Assembly (NCBI RefSeq): GCF_004353825.1
Contig: NZ_SMNA01000020.1
Location: 1-41,592, forward strand
Length of the DNA stretch: 41,592 nt
Reading direction: 5' to 3'
Source: Occultella glacieicola
Lineage (GTDB): Bacteria > Actinomycetota > Actinomycetes > Actinomycetales > Beutenbergiaceae
Shown: piece by piece, positions 8,118-18,682 of the stretch
Layout: each line of letters begins with the position of its first letter
How positions within the stretch are numbered: position 1 is the first letter of the stretch
Translations under genes and position numbers: made by a program
The notes under the pieces: model-generated
What the model was told of the DNA's origin: nothing
The model's input: only the letters and a program-made list of their open reading frames with translations
Databases searched by the model: none

Positions 8118-10438
8118 TCACCCTCTTCCAATTCCAGGAGAGTGCGGCGGCCCAGATCGCCCAGCGGGCCTCGGAGTACCTGGATGACCCCGTGGCCGCC
8201 GGCCGCCGTGCGAACAAGCACGTGGTGCCGTATTTCCAGGCACTCTCAGCACTTACCGGTGCAGGCAAGACCGTCATCCTCGCGGCTGCGGTGGCACACA
8301 TCGCTGGCGAGCTCCCCGTGCCGCCGGTCATCCTGTGGCTGTCCAAGGGCAAGGTCGTGGTCGAGCAGACGTTCGCCAACCTCTCCCCAGGCGGCAAGTA
8401 CCACCAGTTGCTCGACAACACCGCCGTGGCGGCGCTGGCCGACTACTCCCCCGATGACGTGGCTAGCTCAGACCGACCGCTGGTGTACTGCGCGACGGTG
8501 GGCACGTTCAACCAGAAGGACAAGGAGGACGGCAACCTCCGGATCTACAAGAGCGATGTGGACACCATGGAGCAGTCGGTGTGGACCGCGCTGACCCAGC
8601 GCCTCGACGCCGACGGCAACCGGCGACCCCTGATCGTCGTCTACGACGAGGGGCAAAACCTCTCGGACCAACAGACCGACCTGCTGCTCGACCTCGAGCC
8701 CGACATCTTCCTGCCAGCCTCAGCGACGATGAAGATTCCCGCTCGACTCGACCGCGAGATCCAGTTCCTCAAGAACGCCGACTGGAGTGACCACGAGTTG
8801 GTGACCAAGGTGCCCACCAGCCAGGTGGTCGACGCCGGACTCGTGAAGTCGACAGTCCTGCTTGAGGGCTACAACTCGCCTATGGAGGAGACCGTCTCCT
8901 CACTCCTAAAGGCTCTACGTGAGACCGAGGAAGAAGCCCGCGCCCATGGTGTGGACTTCACCCCCAAGGCGATCTACGTCAGCGACACCAACGTCGTAGC
9001 CGACACTCCCAACCAGACCGAAGACCCCAAGCAGCCCTTCCTGCAGCGCCAGGCTCCGCCGATCCAGATCTGGCGCTACCTGACCGAGCACTGTGACGTC
9101 GATCCGGCCACCATCGCCGTCTACGCCAACCTCAAGGTCGACAAGGACTATCCGTTGCCGGAGGAGTTCGTGTTGTTCAGCGGCGCTGACCAGGACTACG
9201 CAGACTTCACCGCCGGTGACTACCAGCACGTCATCTTCAACTTGCGGCTGCAAGAAGGCTGGGATGACCCGTCGGTCTACTTCGCCTACGTCGACAAGTG
9301 CATGGGATCGCGCGCTCAAATCACCCAGGTCATCGGACGAGTACTCCGTCAGCCAAGCGCCACGCACTACCCGTCCGATCTCCTGAATACCGCGCACTTC
9401 TACGTGCGGGTGGACAAGAACGAGGTGTTCACCTCTGTCGTCGCCGAGGTGGAGAAGGAGCTTGGCAGCGAGCCGGGAGGAATCCGCATCGCGGTCTCGT
9501 CCCCGGGGCGGCCGCAGATGGAGACCTATCCTCCGCGCCTCGCGGTCACGGTCCCCGAGACGGGCATCGACAGCAGATTCGCGATGCAACGCGTGCAGGA
9601 GCTCATGGAAGCCTTTCCAGACTTCCGCGAGGACTTGACCAACACGAAGGGCGAAGGCAGCCGCCGGGTCGTCCGCCAGAAGGTCGGGGCAGCCGCCAAC
9701 ACCAACGAATGGGAGGCGTTCGAGCAGTCCAGCACCGCGTCCGCGCGCTGGGTCTTCCACCGCGAGGTGCAACGCCAATTCAGCAGCGCCCTCGGTGTCG
9801 TCCACCTGGCCGATCGCAAGCTCGACGCCATCATCGGCATCGGGAGCCCGGCCTACGCCGCAGTATGCCGACTTGCCCAGGACATCGTCGACGCGTTCGT
9901 GACGAACGTGCGCCTGAACCAACGGCGCCTCAACCCGTACAAGGTCGGCTCCCTACTTGCCCGACCTGACCAGGTAACTCCGTACAAGCACGCGGTGCAC
10001 GAGGGGTACGCAGGTCTCAATGGTGAAGAGGCGCGGTTCGCCCGGGCCCTTGACGACTTCGGCGCTTGCTGGGCGCGAAATCCCGACCGGTCCGGCTATG
10101 GCATCCCCTTGATCACGGCCGGACCCACCCGCAACTTCTACCCGGATTTCCTTCTCTGGACCGAACACCGTGTCATCTGCATCGACACCAAGGGGTCGCA
10201 CCTCATCCAGGAAACAGCAGCGCGTAAGTTGCTCAGGGTGAACTACCCGGGCGAGGGCCCGCGGCTGGACATCCAATTCGTCTCGACCGGGCGATACAAC
10301 GACCAGCTGGAGCGCCGCGACTCGGAGGGTTACACGGCCTGGTCGCTGACAGACGACGGAAAGGTCACCGCGCAGCCCTTCTCAGAACTGTCACGATTGG
10401 TCGAATACCTCGCGGATGACGGACTGCACGTTGCCTGA
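8114..10438 (+). CDS. res: Type III Res-like SF2 helicase with C-terminal PD-(D/E)XK nuclease
   Basis: ALTGAGKT (Walker A), VYDEGQ, LQEGWD, QVIGRVLR and FYPDF...IDTKG; GTGA overlap with mod. Confidence 0.88.
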   Translation: MITLFQFQESAAAQIAQRASEYLDDPVAAGRRANKHVVPYFQALSALTGAGKTVILAAAVAHIAGELPVPPVILWLSKGKVVVEQTFANLSPGGKYHQLLDNTAVAALADYSPDDVASSDRPLVYCATVGTFNQKDKEDGNLRIYKSDVDTMEQSVWTALTQRLDADGNRRPLIVVYDEGQNLSDQQTDLLLDLEPDIFLPASATMKIPARLDREIQFLKNADWSDHELVTKVPTSQVVDAGLVKSTVLLEGYNSPMEETVSSLLKALRETEEEARAHGVDFTPKAIYVSDTNVVADTPNQTEDPKQPFLQRQAPPIQIWRYLTEHCDVDPATIAVYANLKVDKDYPLPEEFVLFSGADQDYADFTAGDYQHVIFNLRLQEGWDDPSVYFAYVDKCMGSRAQITQVIGRVLRQPSATHYPSDLLNTAHFYVRVDKNEVFTSVVAEVEKELGSEPGGIRIAVSSPGRPQMETYPPRLAVTVPETGIDSRFAMQRVQELMEAFPDFREDLTNTKGEGSRRVVRQKVGAAANTNEWEAFEQSSTASARWVFHREVQRQFSSALGVVHLADRKLDAIIGIGSPAYAAVCRLAQDIVDAFVTNVRLNQRRLNPYKVGSLLARPDQVTPYKHAVHEGYAGLNGEEARFARALDDFGACWARNPDRSGYGIPLITAGPTRNFYPDFLLWTEHRVICIDTKGSHLIQETAARKLLRVNYPGEGPRLDIQFVSTGRYNDQLERRDSEGYTAWSLTDDGKVTAQPFSELSRLVEYLADDGLHVA

Positions 10439-10462
10439 GCGCCCACGACCTTTGCGCGAGGC

Positions 10463-10906
10463 CTAGAGCTCACGCACGTCCGGGAACATGCCTTCCGGAG
10501 GCGCTTTGTAGGGCAGTGGCGCGCCGATCTCGGATCTGTTCTCGTCGCCCTTGGCGCCCATGAACGGGCCGTCCGGGTCCAGGAGGACGGCCATGTGGTG
10601 ATCTGCGTGGTCGCGCCACCAGACGCTCATCCCGGTGGCCGCGTCGAGGCGCAGGTGCTCCCACGCGCGCCAGAGGGCTTCGAGGCGGATCACCGCTTCG
10701 TCGTACTCCCACCACCGCGCGGCCCAGACCCGGCCGCTGCCGGTGCCAGGGATTCGCCGGCGGTAGACATTCCGTAGGTGTTCGCGGACGAACTCGTCGA
10801 CGGAGCCGTAGTAGAGGGTGGGCGTGGCCTCCGCCTGGATGTCCGCGGAGGGCTCGGCCTCAACGGTGGGTTCTTCGACGTAGTCGTCGTCACCCCAGTC
10901 GTTCAC
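10463..10906 (-). CDS. DUF4913 domain protein
   Basis: YGSVDEFV...WWEYDEAVIRLEALWRAWEHLR...WWRDHADHHMAVLLDPDGPF; coupled to the coupling-protein gene. Confidence 0.85.
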   Translation of the reverse strand: MNDWGDDDYVEEPTVEAEPSADIQAEATPTLYYGSVDEFVREHLRNVYRRRIPGTGSGRVWAARWWEYDEAVIRLEALWRAWEHLRLDAATGMSVWWRDHADHHMAVLLDPDGPFMGAKGDENRSEIGAPLPYKAPPEGMFPDVREL

Positions 10907-12684
10907 AATGCGTCCTCGACGGTCGGGGTCGCCTCGACGGTGTCGAGTTCCTGTTCCGCTGCGGCGATGGTGCGCTCCGCTTGGGGGTCGTGGGCGGTGA
11001 TGGAGGCTCGCACGTCTTGGGCGTGTGGGCCGGTCATCCAAGGTTGGGTGCGGATCAGGGTGGGGCGCGAGCCGGCGCCCAGTACGACCGCTCGGCCCTT
11101 GGGCAGCGCGGCGAGTTCTGCGACGTCGAGAATGCGTTCACGGTGAAGTTGGTAGTTCACGCCGCGGCCACCGCGGCCGGTCGACAGGGTCGAGCCTTGA
11201 CGGTCGTAGTCACCGATCAACCGGGAGAGATCCTCGAGGAAGGCGACCTCGGAGACGTTGCCGCCGTAGACCTTCACGTTCGCCGCCGACCACAGTTTCT
11301 TCATGCCGGACTCGCCCCAAACGTCGACGCCCTGCGACCAGGATTGCAGGACGGTGTCGAGGACGATCCCGCGGGATCCGTAGTGGGAGTACAGGTTCGG
11401 CAGCTCGCGCCAGCGGCAGACGTTCGCTGCCTCGTCGAGCACGCCGACCAGGGGCGTCGCGAGGCGGCCGCCTGGTGAACGCGCGGCGAGTTCTTCTGCG
11501 GCTTCCACGACCGCCACGGTGAGGGCAGTGACGAGCGGTCCGGCGGTGCCGCGGCCCTCCTTGGACAGTGAGTACAGCGTGCCGCCGTCGCGGACGAATG
11601 CTGCTGGGTCGAAGTGCGGGCGTACGCCCTGCCGGGTGACCCAGGCTGCGACGGCGCGGTTGGTCAGGCAGGAGGCCATCTGCTGGGCCGTGCCGTAGAC
11701 CCCGCCGCGCTGCTTCTCCGGCGCTGCGATGACCCCGGCCACCTGGTGGGCTGTGAGGGTGAAGTCGTGTCGGCGGAGGATGTCGACGGCCTCTTCGTCG
11801 GTCGGGCTGGTGAGCCATGCATAGACGTCGGTGATGGGCCGTTCGTCGAGCGCCGCGGCGAGGAGGAGGCCGGCCAGGAGGTCCAGGCCGGCGGAGTCGA
11901 AGTAGGCGTCGGCGCGTGCCCCGGGATCGCGCGAGCCGGCGGCGAAATGCTCGGCCAGTTTGGCCGCCTTCACCTCGTCGGTGACGTAGCTGAGTGGGTC
12001 CCACCACCAGGTGGGTTCCTCGTTGACGATGCCCTGTGGGTCGAACACCCAGACAGGGCCGCTGTCGGCGCGGACGTCGCGTGTGGCATCGACGACGTCG
12101 CGCTTGTTGGACGTCGCGAACACCGCTCCGGGGGCGGCGAGGATCTCGGGCACCACGATCGAGGTGGTCTTTCCCGTCCGAGGTCCTGCGATGGTGAACC
12201 GCATGTCCTCCCACGAGCTCAGGAGCGGCTGACGTGTCGAGACGGTGATACCGATCGGCAGACCGGGCGACGAGACCGCCCCGAGCCGATTGGCGGTCGA
12301 CCGCGCACTCTTGAGACTCAGGGCCTCGACGTCGCGGCCGCGGCCCATGTACGTGGCCTTCTCGTCGCCGCGCGCGCGCCGGCGCCTCGAGCGGGCAACG
12401 AGGGTCAATACGAAGATCGCCACGGTGATCAGGACCGCGCCGAGCGCGATCGCCACGGCGGTGCCCTGCTCTGGCCAGGTCACCTCGCCGTTGAGGAGGC
12501 CAAAGAGCACGGCGAAGGGGTTCGCCGGCAACCCGGTCGCCGTGCCCGCGATCCGGTGGCCCAGGTGCACCCCGGCGTACACAACGGCCGTCGCGACCAG
12601 GACGAGGATGATCACGACCCAGAGCAGGGTCGTCTCGGCGCTGAGGCCGCCGGGATCGCGGCGGCGATTCGTTGGGGTGCTCAT
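10903..12684 (-). CDS. virD4: Type IV coupling protein (TraG/TraD/VirD4-like)
   Basis: Two N-terminal TM segments, AGPRTGKTT, LDEAAN and LQSWSQ. Confidence 0.92.
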   Translation of the reverse strand: MSTPTNRRRDPGGLSAETTLLWVVIILVLVATAVVYAGVHLGHRIAGTATGLPANPFAVLFGLLNGEVTWPEQGTAVAIALGAVLITVAIFVLTLVARSRRRRARGDEKATYMGRGRDVEALSLKSARSTANRLGAVSSPGLPIGITVSTRQPLLSSWEDMRFTIAGPRTGKTTSIVVPEILAAPGAVFATSNKRDVVDATRDVRADSGPVWVFDPQGIVNEEPTWWWDPLSYVTDEVKAAKLAEHFAAGSRDPGARADAYFDSAGLDLLAGLLLAAALDERPITDVYAWLTSPTDEEAVDILRRHDFTLTAHQVAGVIAAPEKQRGGVYGTAQQMASCLTNRAVAAWVTRQGVRPHFDPAAFVRDGGTLYSLSKEGRGTAGPLVTALTVAVVEAAEELAARSPGGRLATPLVGVLDEAANVCRWRELPNLYSHYGSRGIVLDTVLQSWSQGVDVWGESGMKKLWSAANVKVYGGNVSEVAFLEDLSRLIGDYDRQGSTLSTGRGGRGVNYQLHRERILDVAELAALPKGRAVVLGAGSRPTLIRTQPWMTGPHAQDVRASITAHDPQAERTIAAAEQELDTVEATPTVEDAL

Positions 12685-14147
12685 GCTGGCCGCCTTCCCA
12701 GGTTCCACCGCTTGTTGGTGTTGTGCAGGCCCTGCTCGACCGAGGTCAGTGCGACGTTCAACGGGATCCCGGGGCGACCACCGACTTTGATGAGGAACTT
12801 CCCGCGGCCAGGAGGGGGTGAGGCTTCCGTGTCGGCCGAACTGCCCCACGACGTTGGGGTTGTCCAGGAGGTGAGCAGGTCCTGCTCGGCGCGGGCGAGT
12901 TTGATCGCGCCGGAGAGCCTGGGCATCTCGTCCTCGGGCAACGCCCCGAGGATCACCATGCCGGAGCGTTCGACGAAGCCGCGCGCCTTCTTCTGATCGA
13001 GCTCGGGCAGAGCGGCGAGGTCGGACATGGTGTGGGAGATCATCACTTGGCCGACGCCCTTCTGGCGGTTGAGCCGGGTGAGGGCGTCGACGCGGTCGAC
13101 CATGCCTTCGCCGGCGCGCAGCGCCTGCCACAGCTCGTCCATCACGATGAAGTAGTGCCGCTGCGGTTCCAGGCCGGCGTCTGCGAGGGCGTTGGCGATG
13201 TTCACCGCGCCGAAGCCGTAGGACCAGCACGACAGCAGTGCTGCGGCTTTGACGTCTGCCTGTGCCTCACCGAGTGAGGACACGTCGAACACGGCGGGAC
13301 GGTCCAGGTGCAGTGGTGTCGTGGTGTGGCCGGAGAACATGTCCCCGAACGCGGCACCGGAGGTGAACCCGACCAGGTCCACCTCGATGTCGCGGGTGAT
13401 CTCCTGGTAGCGGTTTTTGTCGCCGCGGTCGACGGCGACCGCGCGCACCGATTCGGGTCCGTCCTGGATGACTTTGAGTAGGTCACCGAGGACTGGGATC
13501 CGGTCGGTGGTGTCGTCGAGTACGTGGAGCGCGCGGTCGAGGATCTGCACGGAGATGGACTCTGGCGGCCGTTTGCGCCAGATGTTGGAGAGGGCTACGA
13601 CCATCTCCAGGCGGCGCTGGTGCGCGTCAGCGAGGACCTCGATCCGGGCTTGCCCGGTCAGTCGTGCTGCCGCGGCGGTGGCCTCTCCGGGGTCGAGGAT
13701 GTTGATCTTGGCCCTGCCTGGCCCGTAGCGGACGACCTGCCCGCCCAACGCTTCGACCAGGTCGACGTAGTCGGGTTTGAGGTCGCCCAACACGAGCGGC
13801 ATGACTCCGTAGCCGGTGAGGCCGAGCACCATCCGGCGGACCAGGGTGGACTTGCCGTAGGCCGGCAAGCCCATGACGAACGCGGAGGGGTTGTTGATGA
13901 GGTTGCCCCGCTCGAACCAGCTGATCGGGTCGCACCCGACCGTGGCGCCGGTGTGCAGGTGATGCCCGAGGGGCACGCCCACGACGGGCGCCCCCGATCC
14001 GGCTGCGAAGGGCCAGAGTCCGCACACCTGCACGGAGGTTCCGCGCCACTCAGCGGGGGCTTGCACGTAAGTGGAGGCGCCGCCACCGCGGCCGCGCCAG
14101 CCCCGCGGACCGGGCCTGCGGGTGGGTGTAGTGCTGCTCTTAGCCAT
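12681..14147 (-). CDS. virB4: VirB4-like conjugation ATPase
   Basis: GLPAYGKST Walker A, IVMDELW Walker B and RLNRQKG; located in the tra operon. Confidence 0.85.
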   Translation of the reverse strand: MAKSSTTPTRRPGPRGWRGRGGGASTYVQAPAEWRGTSVQVCGLWPFAAGSGAPVVGVPLGHHLHTGATVGCDPISWFERGNLINNPSAFVMGLPAYGKSTLVRRMVLGLTGYGVMPLVLGDLKPDYVDLVEALGGQVVRYGPGRAKINILDPGEATAAAARLTGQARIEVLADAHQRRLEMVVALSNIWRKRPPESISVQILDRALHVLDDTTDRIPVLGDLLKVIQDGPESVRAVAVDRGDKNRYQEITRDIEVDLVGFTSGAAFGDMFSGHTTTPLHLDRPAVFDVSSLGEAQADVKAAALLSCWSYGFGAVNIANALADAGLEPQRHYFIVMDELWQALRAGEGMVDRVDALTRLNRQKGVGQVMISHTMSDLAALPELDQKKARGFVERSGMVILGALPEDEMPRLSGAIKLARAEQDLLTSWTTPTSWGSSADTEASPPPGRGKFLIKVGGRPGIPLNVALTSVEQGLHNTNKRWNLGRRPA

Positions 14148-15664
14148 CAGCGGGCCGCCTCTCGTACGAACGTCGGCATCGACAGGTGAGCCGGCAAGAT
14201 CAGGCCGAGCGGGAGAGCGGCAGCGAACGCTGAATCCTGCGACCCGTAGACCGGGCGCAGGGTCAGGCGTGCGGTCGCGGTGAGGTTGTCGATGGCGGCC
14301 TTCGCGTCTTGGATCCGCGTCTCGAGCTCTGGCCCGTCCTCGACGGTCGCGGTGAGGATCATGCCGAAGTTCACCAGGCCAGCCCCGGCAGCCTCCTCGA
14401 CGGCGACGATGTCGGCGATGCGCTTGTCGACAGCGGCGCGGGCGGAGGGCCGCGCTCCTGAGGCGCGGACGTCGGCGTTGCGCTTGTCGGCCTCGACCAG
14501 GCGCGCTGCGGTACCTGGGTCGACGGGCCGGTAGAGCATGGTCACCCGCTTGCGCGCGATCCCCGCGTGCGGGCCGATGAGACGCGCCAGAACGGAGGAC
14601 TGCACCACGCCACGAGGCGCAGAGGTCATCGACCACGACACCGACACTGATCCGTCGTGGCGGTAGTAGTCCCACCCGGCCTGCGCCGCGGACGGGCCGA
14701 CATCGCTCCAGCGCAGGTCATGCTCCTCGCCAGCGTCGCGGGCCTGGTCCAGGAGCCGCTCAGCCGGAGGGTCGTAGGCGACCCGGACCACTTCGCACAG
14801 GCTCTTGGCCGAGACCGGGCGGCAGATACCCGCACCGGTCGCGGAGAGCAGCTGCGTGAGGCCGGGAACGCGGGCCGCGAGTTCACGGCCCATGTCGTCG
14901 GCGCTGCGACGACGGCCACCAGGGCGCGGGGAGGCGGTAAAGGTGAGTGCGACCCAGGCTCGGATCGTGGCCGATCCGAGCGGCCAGGTCTCGGCTACCT
15001 CACGCAGCATCGCCTGCGCGATCGCGGGGGCGTTCGGGTCGAGGTTGCTCGAGACCTCATGACGCAGCCGGTACCCGGAGTCCGGGGCGGACTCCACGGT
15101 CACCGATGCTCCGACGAGGCCCGGCTCGTCGCCCAGGGCCGCCAGCCACACGCCCCACTGAGCGACCCACTGGTCGACGTCGCCGGTGTCGACGAGGGCT
15201 GCACCGTCGGGCTCTGTGGAAATCACGATGGTGTAGTGCCCCGTCGCGGGCACGTACAGGAGCCCGAACGGGCGCCCGTAGGAGTCGGTGTGCTCGCTCA
15301 ACCTCGACGCTGCGGCGAGTCCGGGAAGCTGTGCGGTGCCCCACGGCACCCTGCCGAGCGGGCCGGAGCGGTACAGGTGGGAGCCGAGGCGGCGTGTGCG
15401 CCACCAACCGAGCCGCACAGCCAGGCGCTGCGCGGGCGACATCCCGTGCCGGTCCCGGAACGCGAGGACGATCACGGCCAACAGGACGGCGGCTCCCAGC
15501 GGCAGGGCTACCTGCCATCCGCCGACCATCATCGCGACGATGATCGCGATCAATCCACCGAACAGGACGAACGTGGCCAACAGGCCGAGAGTGCCAAGGC
15601 CGGCGGTGCTTGGTCGGCGCCAGTTTCCGTACGTCCGGGCGGTCTGAGTCTCAGCGGCTGCCAT
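14147..15664 (-). CDS. SCO6880-family (PrgI/VirB3-like) membrane protein
   Basis: RTYGNWRRP N-terminus, two TM segments, WDYYRHD and the FAAALPLG C-terminus. Confidence 0.85.
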   Translation of the reverse strand: MAAAETQTARTYGNWRRPSTAGLGTLGLLATFVLFGGLIAIIVAMMVGGWQVALPLGAAVLLAVIVLAFRDRHGMSPAQRLAVRLGWWRTRRLGSHLYRSGPLGRVPWGTAQLPGLAAASRLSEHTDSYGRPFGLLYVPATGHYTIVISTEPDGAALVDTGDVDQWVAQWGVWLAALGDEPGLVGASVTVESAPDSGYRLRHEVSSNLDPNAPAIAQAMLREVAETWPLGSATIRAWVALTFTASPRPGGRRRSADDMGRELAARVPGLTQLLSATGAGICRPVSAKSLCEVVRVAYDPPAERLLDQARDAGEEHDLRWSDVGPSAAQAGWDYYRHDGSVSVSWSMTSAPRGVVQSSVLARLIGPHAGIARKRVTMLYRPVDPGTAARLVEADKRNADVRASGARPSARAAVDKRIADIVAVEEAAGAGLVNFGMILTATVEDGPELETRIQDAKAAIDNLTATARLTLRPVYGSQDSAFAAALPLGLILPAHLSMPTFVREAAR

Positions 15665-17003
15665 CGGGTCCCCCACTCTCGATCGTGTTGTTGATTGCCC
15701 CGCTTGCTGCCGAGGCGGCTTGTGCCGCAGATCCGGCTGCGGATGCACCGGCGGCTACCTTCTCGCCGCCCGACTTGCCACCTGACGAACCACCCGCCGA
15801 CGATCCGGTGGGGCTACCACCTGACCCGCTCCCCTGGCCTCCGGGAGGTGCGGAGGCCCCCTGCGGTTGCCCCTGTCCTCCACCTCCGGAAGTGCCACCG
15901 TTTCCGCTACCGGAGGGTGATGTGCCCGCCGCCCCCTGCGGCCCACTGGAACCAGAGCTGCCCGAGCTCGCTGACGCTGCACCACTGGCCGCCGTCGTTG
16001 CCGTACGGGCGGCCCCCGAGGCGCCCGCCGCAACTGCCCCCGTTGGCATGACCGCGAGAGCGGCCGAGCCCAACCCAGCTAGAGCTGCGCCACCCCCACC
16101 ACCACCTGCGACTGCCGATACGGCCGGTGCGACGAACCGCATCAGCGCAGGCATGGCGACCAGCGCAAGAGCCATCAAGGTGATGCCCTGGACGAGGGTC
16201 ACCACTCCGGACTCATCGGCTGCCAGGTCGATGCCCATCAGCTGGAACGCGGTCGCGTAGATGAGCGCAGCGATCGGTTTATAGAGAATGAACGCGATCG
16301 TCCAACCGACGTACTTCTTGAACCACTGCGACCCCGTCGGGGTGTTGGTGAACGCCGCTGCCGTCGGCAGCATCCCCGCCAAGAGCACCAGCATCGCGCC
16401 GCGGAACACCAGCAGCACGATCTGGACAAGGCTCAGCAGCAGCAGGCCGGTACCGGCCGCGATAACCATCACGGCGCCCAGGGCATCGTTACCCGTGAGC
16501 CTGCCGCCGAGCATGACGATGTTCTGCCCGAAATCAGTCCCCTCGGGGGAGCGGGCGATCACCCACACGGAAAACTCGTCGCCAGCTGTGACCAGCAAGC
16601 CGATCGCAGCGATGCCTGCGCCCGAGACTACGACCAAGGTGACAAGGGCCTTCAGCACGTCTGCCAGCGGCTGTCCTCGACGTTCCCACGCCATTCGGAG
16701 CGCGCCGATCAAGACGGCAACCACGGCCAATGCCAGCGTGTACCACCACACACTGTCTCTGATGAAGGCCACCGCCTCCGAAGGTATGTAGTTCTCGCCA
16801 TCGAACGCGGCAAGAGTCGGCGTTGGCATGTGCACCCACGCTGTGGCCATCGCAACGACCGCCTGACCAACCGCCTCATTCACGCTGTCTGCGAGATTCT
16901 GCAGAGCATTTCCGGCAATCGCCCCACCGACTGCCCCGGCGCCGGCGTTAGCGGCGCAAGCTAGTGCGTTGACTGCGGTACCCAGGCACTCGGGGCCCAT
17001 CAC
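15651..17003 (-). CDS. TrbL/VirB6-like polytopic membrane protein
   Basis: Multiple TM helices, AFILYKPIAALIYA and a Gly/Ser-rich tail. Confidence 0.82.
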   Translation of the reverse strand: MMGPECLGTAVNALACAANAGAGAVGGAIAGNALQNLADSVNEAVGQAVVAMATAWVHMPTPTLAAFDGENYIPSEAVAFIRDSVWWYTLALAVVAVLIGALRMAWERRGQPLADVLKALVTLVVVSGAGIAAIGLLVTAGDEFSVWVIARSPEGTDFGQNIVMLGGRLTGNDALGAVMVIAAGTGLLLLSLVQIVLLVFRGAMLVLLAGMLPTAAAFTNTPTGSQWFKKYVGWTIAFILYKPIAALIYATAFQLMGIDLAADESGVVTLVQGITLMALALVAMPALMRFVAPAVSAVAGGGGGGAALAGLGSAALAVMPTGAVAAGASGAARTATTAASGAASASSGSSGSSGPQGAAGTSPSGSGNGGTSGGGGQGQPQGASAPPGGQGSGSGGSPTGSSAGGSSGGKSGGEKVAAGASAAGSAAQAASAASGAINNTIESGGPDGSR

Positions 17004-17761
17004 ACACCTGCCCAGGCGACATAGCCGGCAAGCGAGTCGACTTCACGGAATCCGGGGTCACCGGTCGCTGGGTAGAGGAACTTCCAGTCGCCGGCCTCCC
17101 AACGAAGGGGTGCGGGCCACAGGAGCAGGCCGCCCTCGGGGAGCCTCATGACTAGCTCCACAACTACGGAACCCGGGGTGTAGTCACGAATCTGGAAGCC
17201 CGCCAACTGCATCGAAGTTAGTTCGACGAGAGGCTCATCAGGGTGGGCGTCTCGGTACTCCTGCCGATCCCGGGTCTCGGGAGTGTCCGCCACTACTCGC
17301 TCATCGAGCGAGTTGATCGGGTCGACGAACTGCAGGGCGACGTAGTTGACGGCTGCGAGGAGCGCACCCGTTGGTGAGTGGGCGAAGCAGTGCCGGACCT
17401 CGTCATCGGCGACCAGGCCGGGACCGACGCCTTCGATGGATGGGGCTGCGAAGGTGCCGAGCAGTTCCCACTCGGCGCCTTCGGGAGCCGTGGCGGGGAT
17501 TGCTTGCGGGCCCGCCTCGAGCCCGCACACGCTCTCGTCGTCCGACTCCGGGGTGGGAGTGCTGGTTGTCGGAGTCGTCGCGGGGTCGCTTGTGGTGCTG
17601 GCAGTCGGAGGTGGGTCCTCGGAGGAGGACCCTCGTGGCCACAGGACTACCGCGAGACCGACCACCAGGACCACGGCGATGAACGCTGCGGCGGCGACGA
17701 ACGCTGGTCGTCGCCACGGCGACCGGTCCTCGCCCGTGTCTTCGTCAGCTCTGGTCCTCAT
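17000..17761 (-). CDS. Membrane-anchored conjugation protein (VirB8-like position)
   Basis: Single TM, Pro/Thr linker, CFAHSPTGALLAAVNY and LRWEAGDWK. Confidence 0.78.
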   Translation of the reverse strand: MRTRADEDTGEDRSPWRRPAFVAAAAFIAVVLVVGLAVVLWPRGSSSEDPPPTASTTSDPATTPTTSTPTPESDDESVCGLEAGPQAIPATAPEGAEWELLGTFAAPSIEGVGPGLVADDEVRHCFAHSPTGALLAAVNYVALQFVDPINSLDERVVADTPETRDRQEYRDAHPDEPLVELTSMQLAGFQIRDYTPGSVVVELVMRLPEGGLLLWPAPLRWEAGDWKFLYPATGDPGFREVDSLAGYVAWAGV

Positions 17762-17807
17762 CTGTCCTCTCCTCTTCGTGGATCGGTTCGAAGGTCGGTT
17801 GGGTTGT

Positions 17808-18083
17808 CTAGGAGGTCAGGAATGCCACAAGGCCGGAGGCCATGCCGATGAGGATTGCGCCGCCCATCACCCAGCCGAGTCGGCTGGCGTGCTCGCCTCC
17901 CTCGCCGCGGCGGTGCGACAGCGCCATAAAGATCGCGGTGATGATGATCCCTGCGACGCACGCGATCATCGCGGCCCAGGCGAGCCAGTTGATGATGTCC
18001 AGAACCCTCTCTGATCCCGGTGGCGCGGTCGGATTGACGTCAACGGCGCCGATGGTGGCAGCCAGGCTCATAACGATGTTCAT
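17808..18083 (-). CDS. Pilin-like (TrbC/VirB2-like) small membrane protein
   Basis: 91 aa with PTAPPG and two hydrophobic helices; AAGGAG RBS. Confidence 0.75.
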   Translation of the reverse strand: MNIVMSLAATIGAVDVNPTAPPGSERVLDIINWLAWAAMIACVAGIIITAIFMALSHRRGEGGEHASRLGWVMGGAILIGMASGLVAFLTS

Positions 18084-18097
18084 TGCGGTTGTTCTCC

Positions 18098-18682
18098 TTA
18101 GGGTTGGTACAGCTCGTTGGGGACCGCGGCACGGAGAGCGCGCACGGCCGGGTGGTCGAGGGTTGGCGTCTCGCCTTGGCGCCAGGGTTCGACCCAGGGC
18201 ATCGACCAGGTCGCGGGGAGGCCTCCCGAGATGACTTGCGCCAGTTCGCGTAAGGGTCGCGGGAGCCGGCCGGGAGCATCGGCGACGAGGACCAGGCCGA
18301 GCAGCTGGGCGGTCCCGGCTTCGCCGGCCGCCCATTGCCGCGCCGCGGCCTGCGCCTTCATGAGGCCATAGGCGCTCGTGCGGGCGATGAGGATGACGCG
18401 GGCGGGCGCAGTCCCGGTCGGGGTCTGCGGCCAGGTGCGGTCGGTGGTGCGGGCACCGAGCGCCAGGGCGACGGTGCTCTCACCCGCGCCTCCGTGGGTG
18501 CCCACGCACCAGAGCGCGGGTCCGGGCGGCACGTCGCGCCACCGCAGCCGGTCCGCGGCGTCGGTGGCGGGTACCCCGCCGATCTGGGGCGACCACACCC
18601 TCCCAGCCGGCCGGGCAGGCTCAGGAGGCTCCTCGGGAGAGGGCGCCGGCGCGATCGGCTGCTGGATCCAGGGGTTGCTCAC
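18098..18682 (-). CDS. DUF6668 family protein
   Basis: VGTHGGAGEST...GLVLVADAPGRLPRPL...PWVEPWR; GTGA overlap with the upstream gene. Confidence 0.8.
   Translation of the reverse strand: MSNPWIQQPIAPAPSPEEPPEPARPAGRVWSPQIGGVPATDAADRLRWRDVPPGPALWCVGTHGGAGESTVALALGARTTDRTWPQTPTGTAPARVILIARTSAYGLMKAQAAARQWAAGEAGTAQLLGLVLVADAPGRLPRPLRELAQVISGGLPATWSMPWVEPWRQGETPTLDHPAVRALRAAVPNELYQP

Noticed and set aside
11614..12996. Long antisense or alternate-frame ORFs (e.g. 887..2083, 8915..9922, 11614..12996, 20016..21128, 24318..25364)
   Set aside because: These are shadow ORFs of high-GC genes, overlapping well-supported CDSs, with no recognisable motifs.
15700..16120. Gly/Ser/Ala-rich low-complexity stretch
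   Set aside because: This is the ordinary disordered tail of TrbL/VirB6-like proteins.
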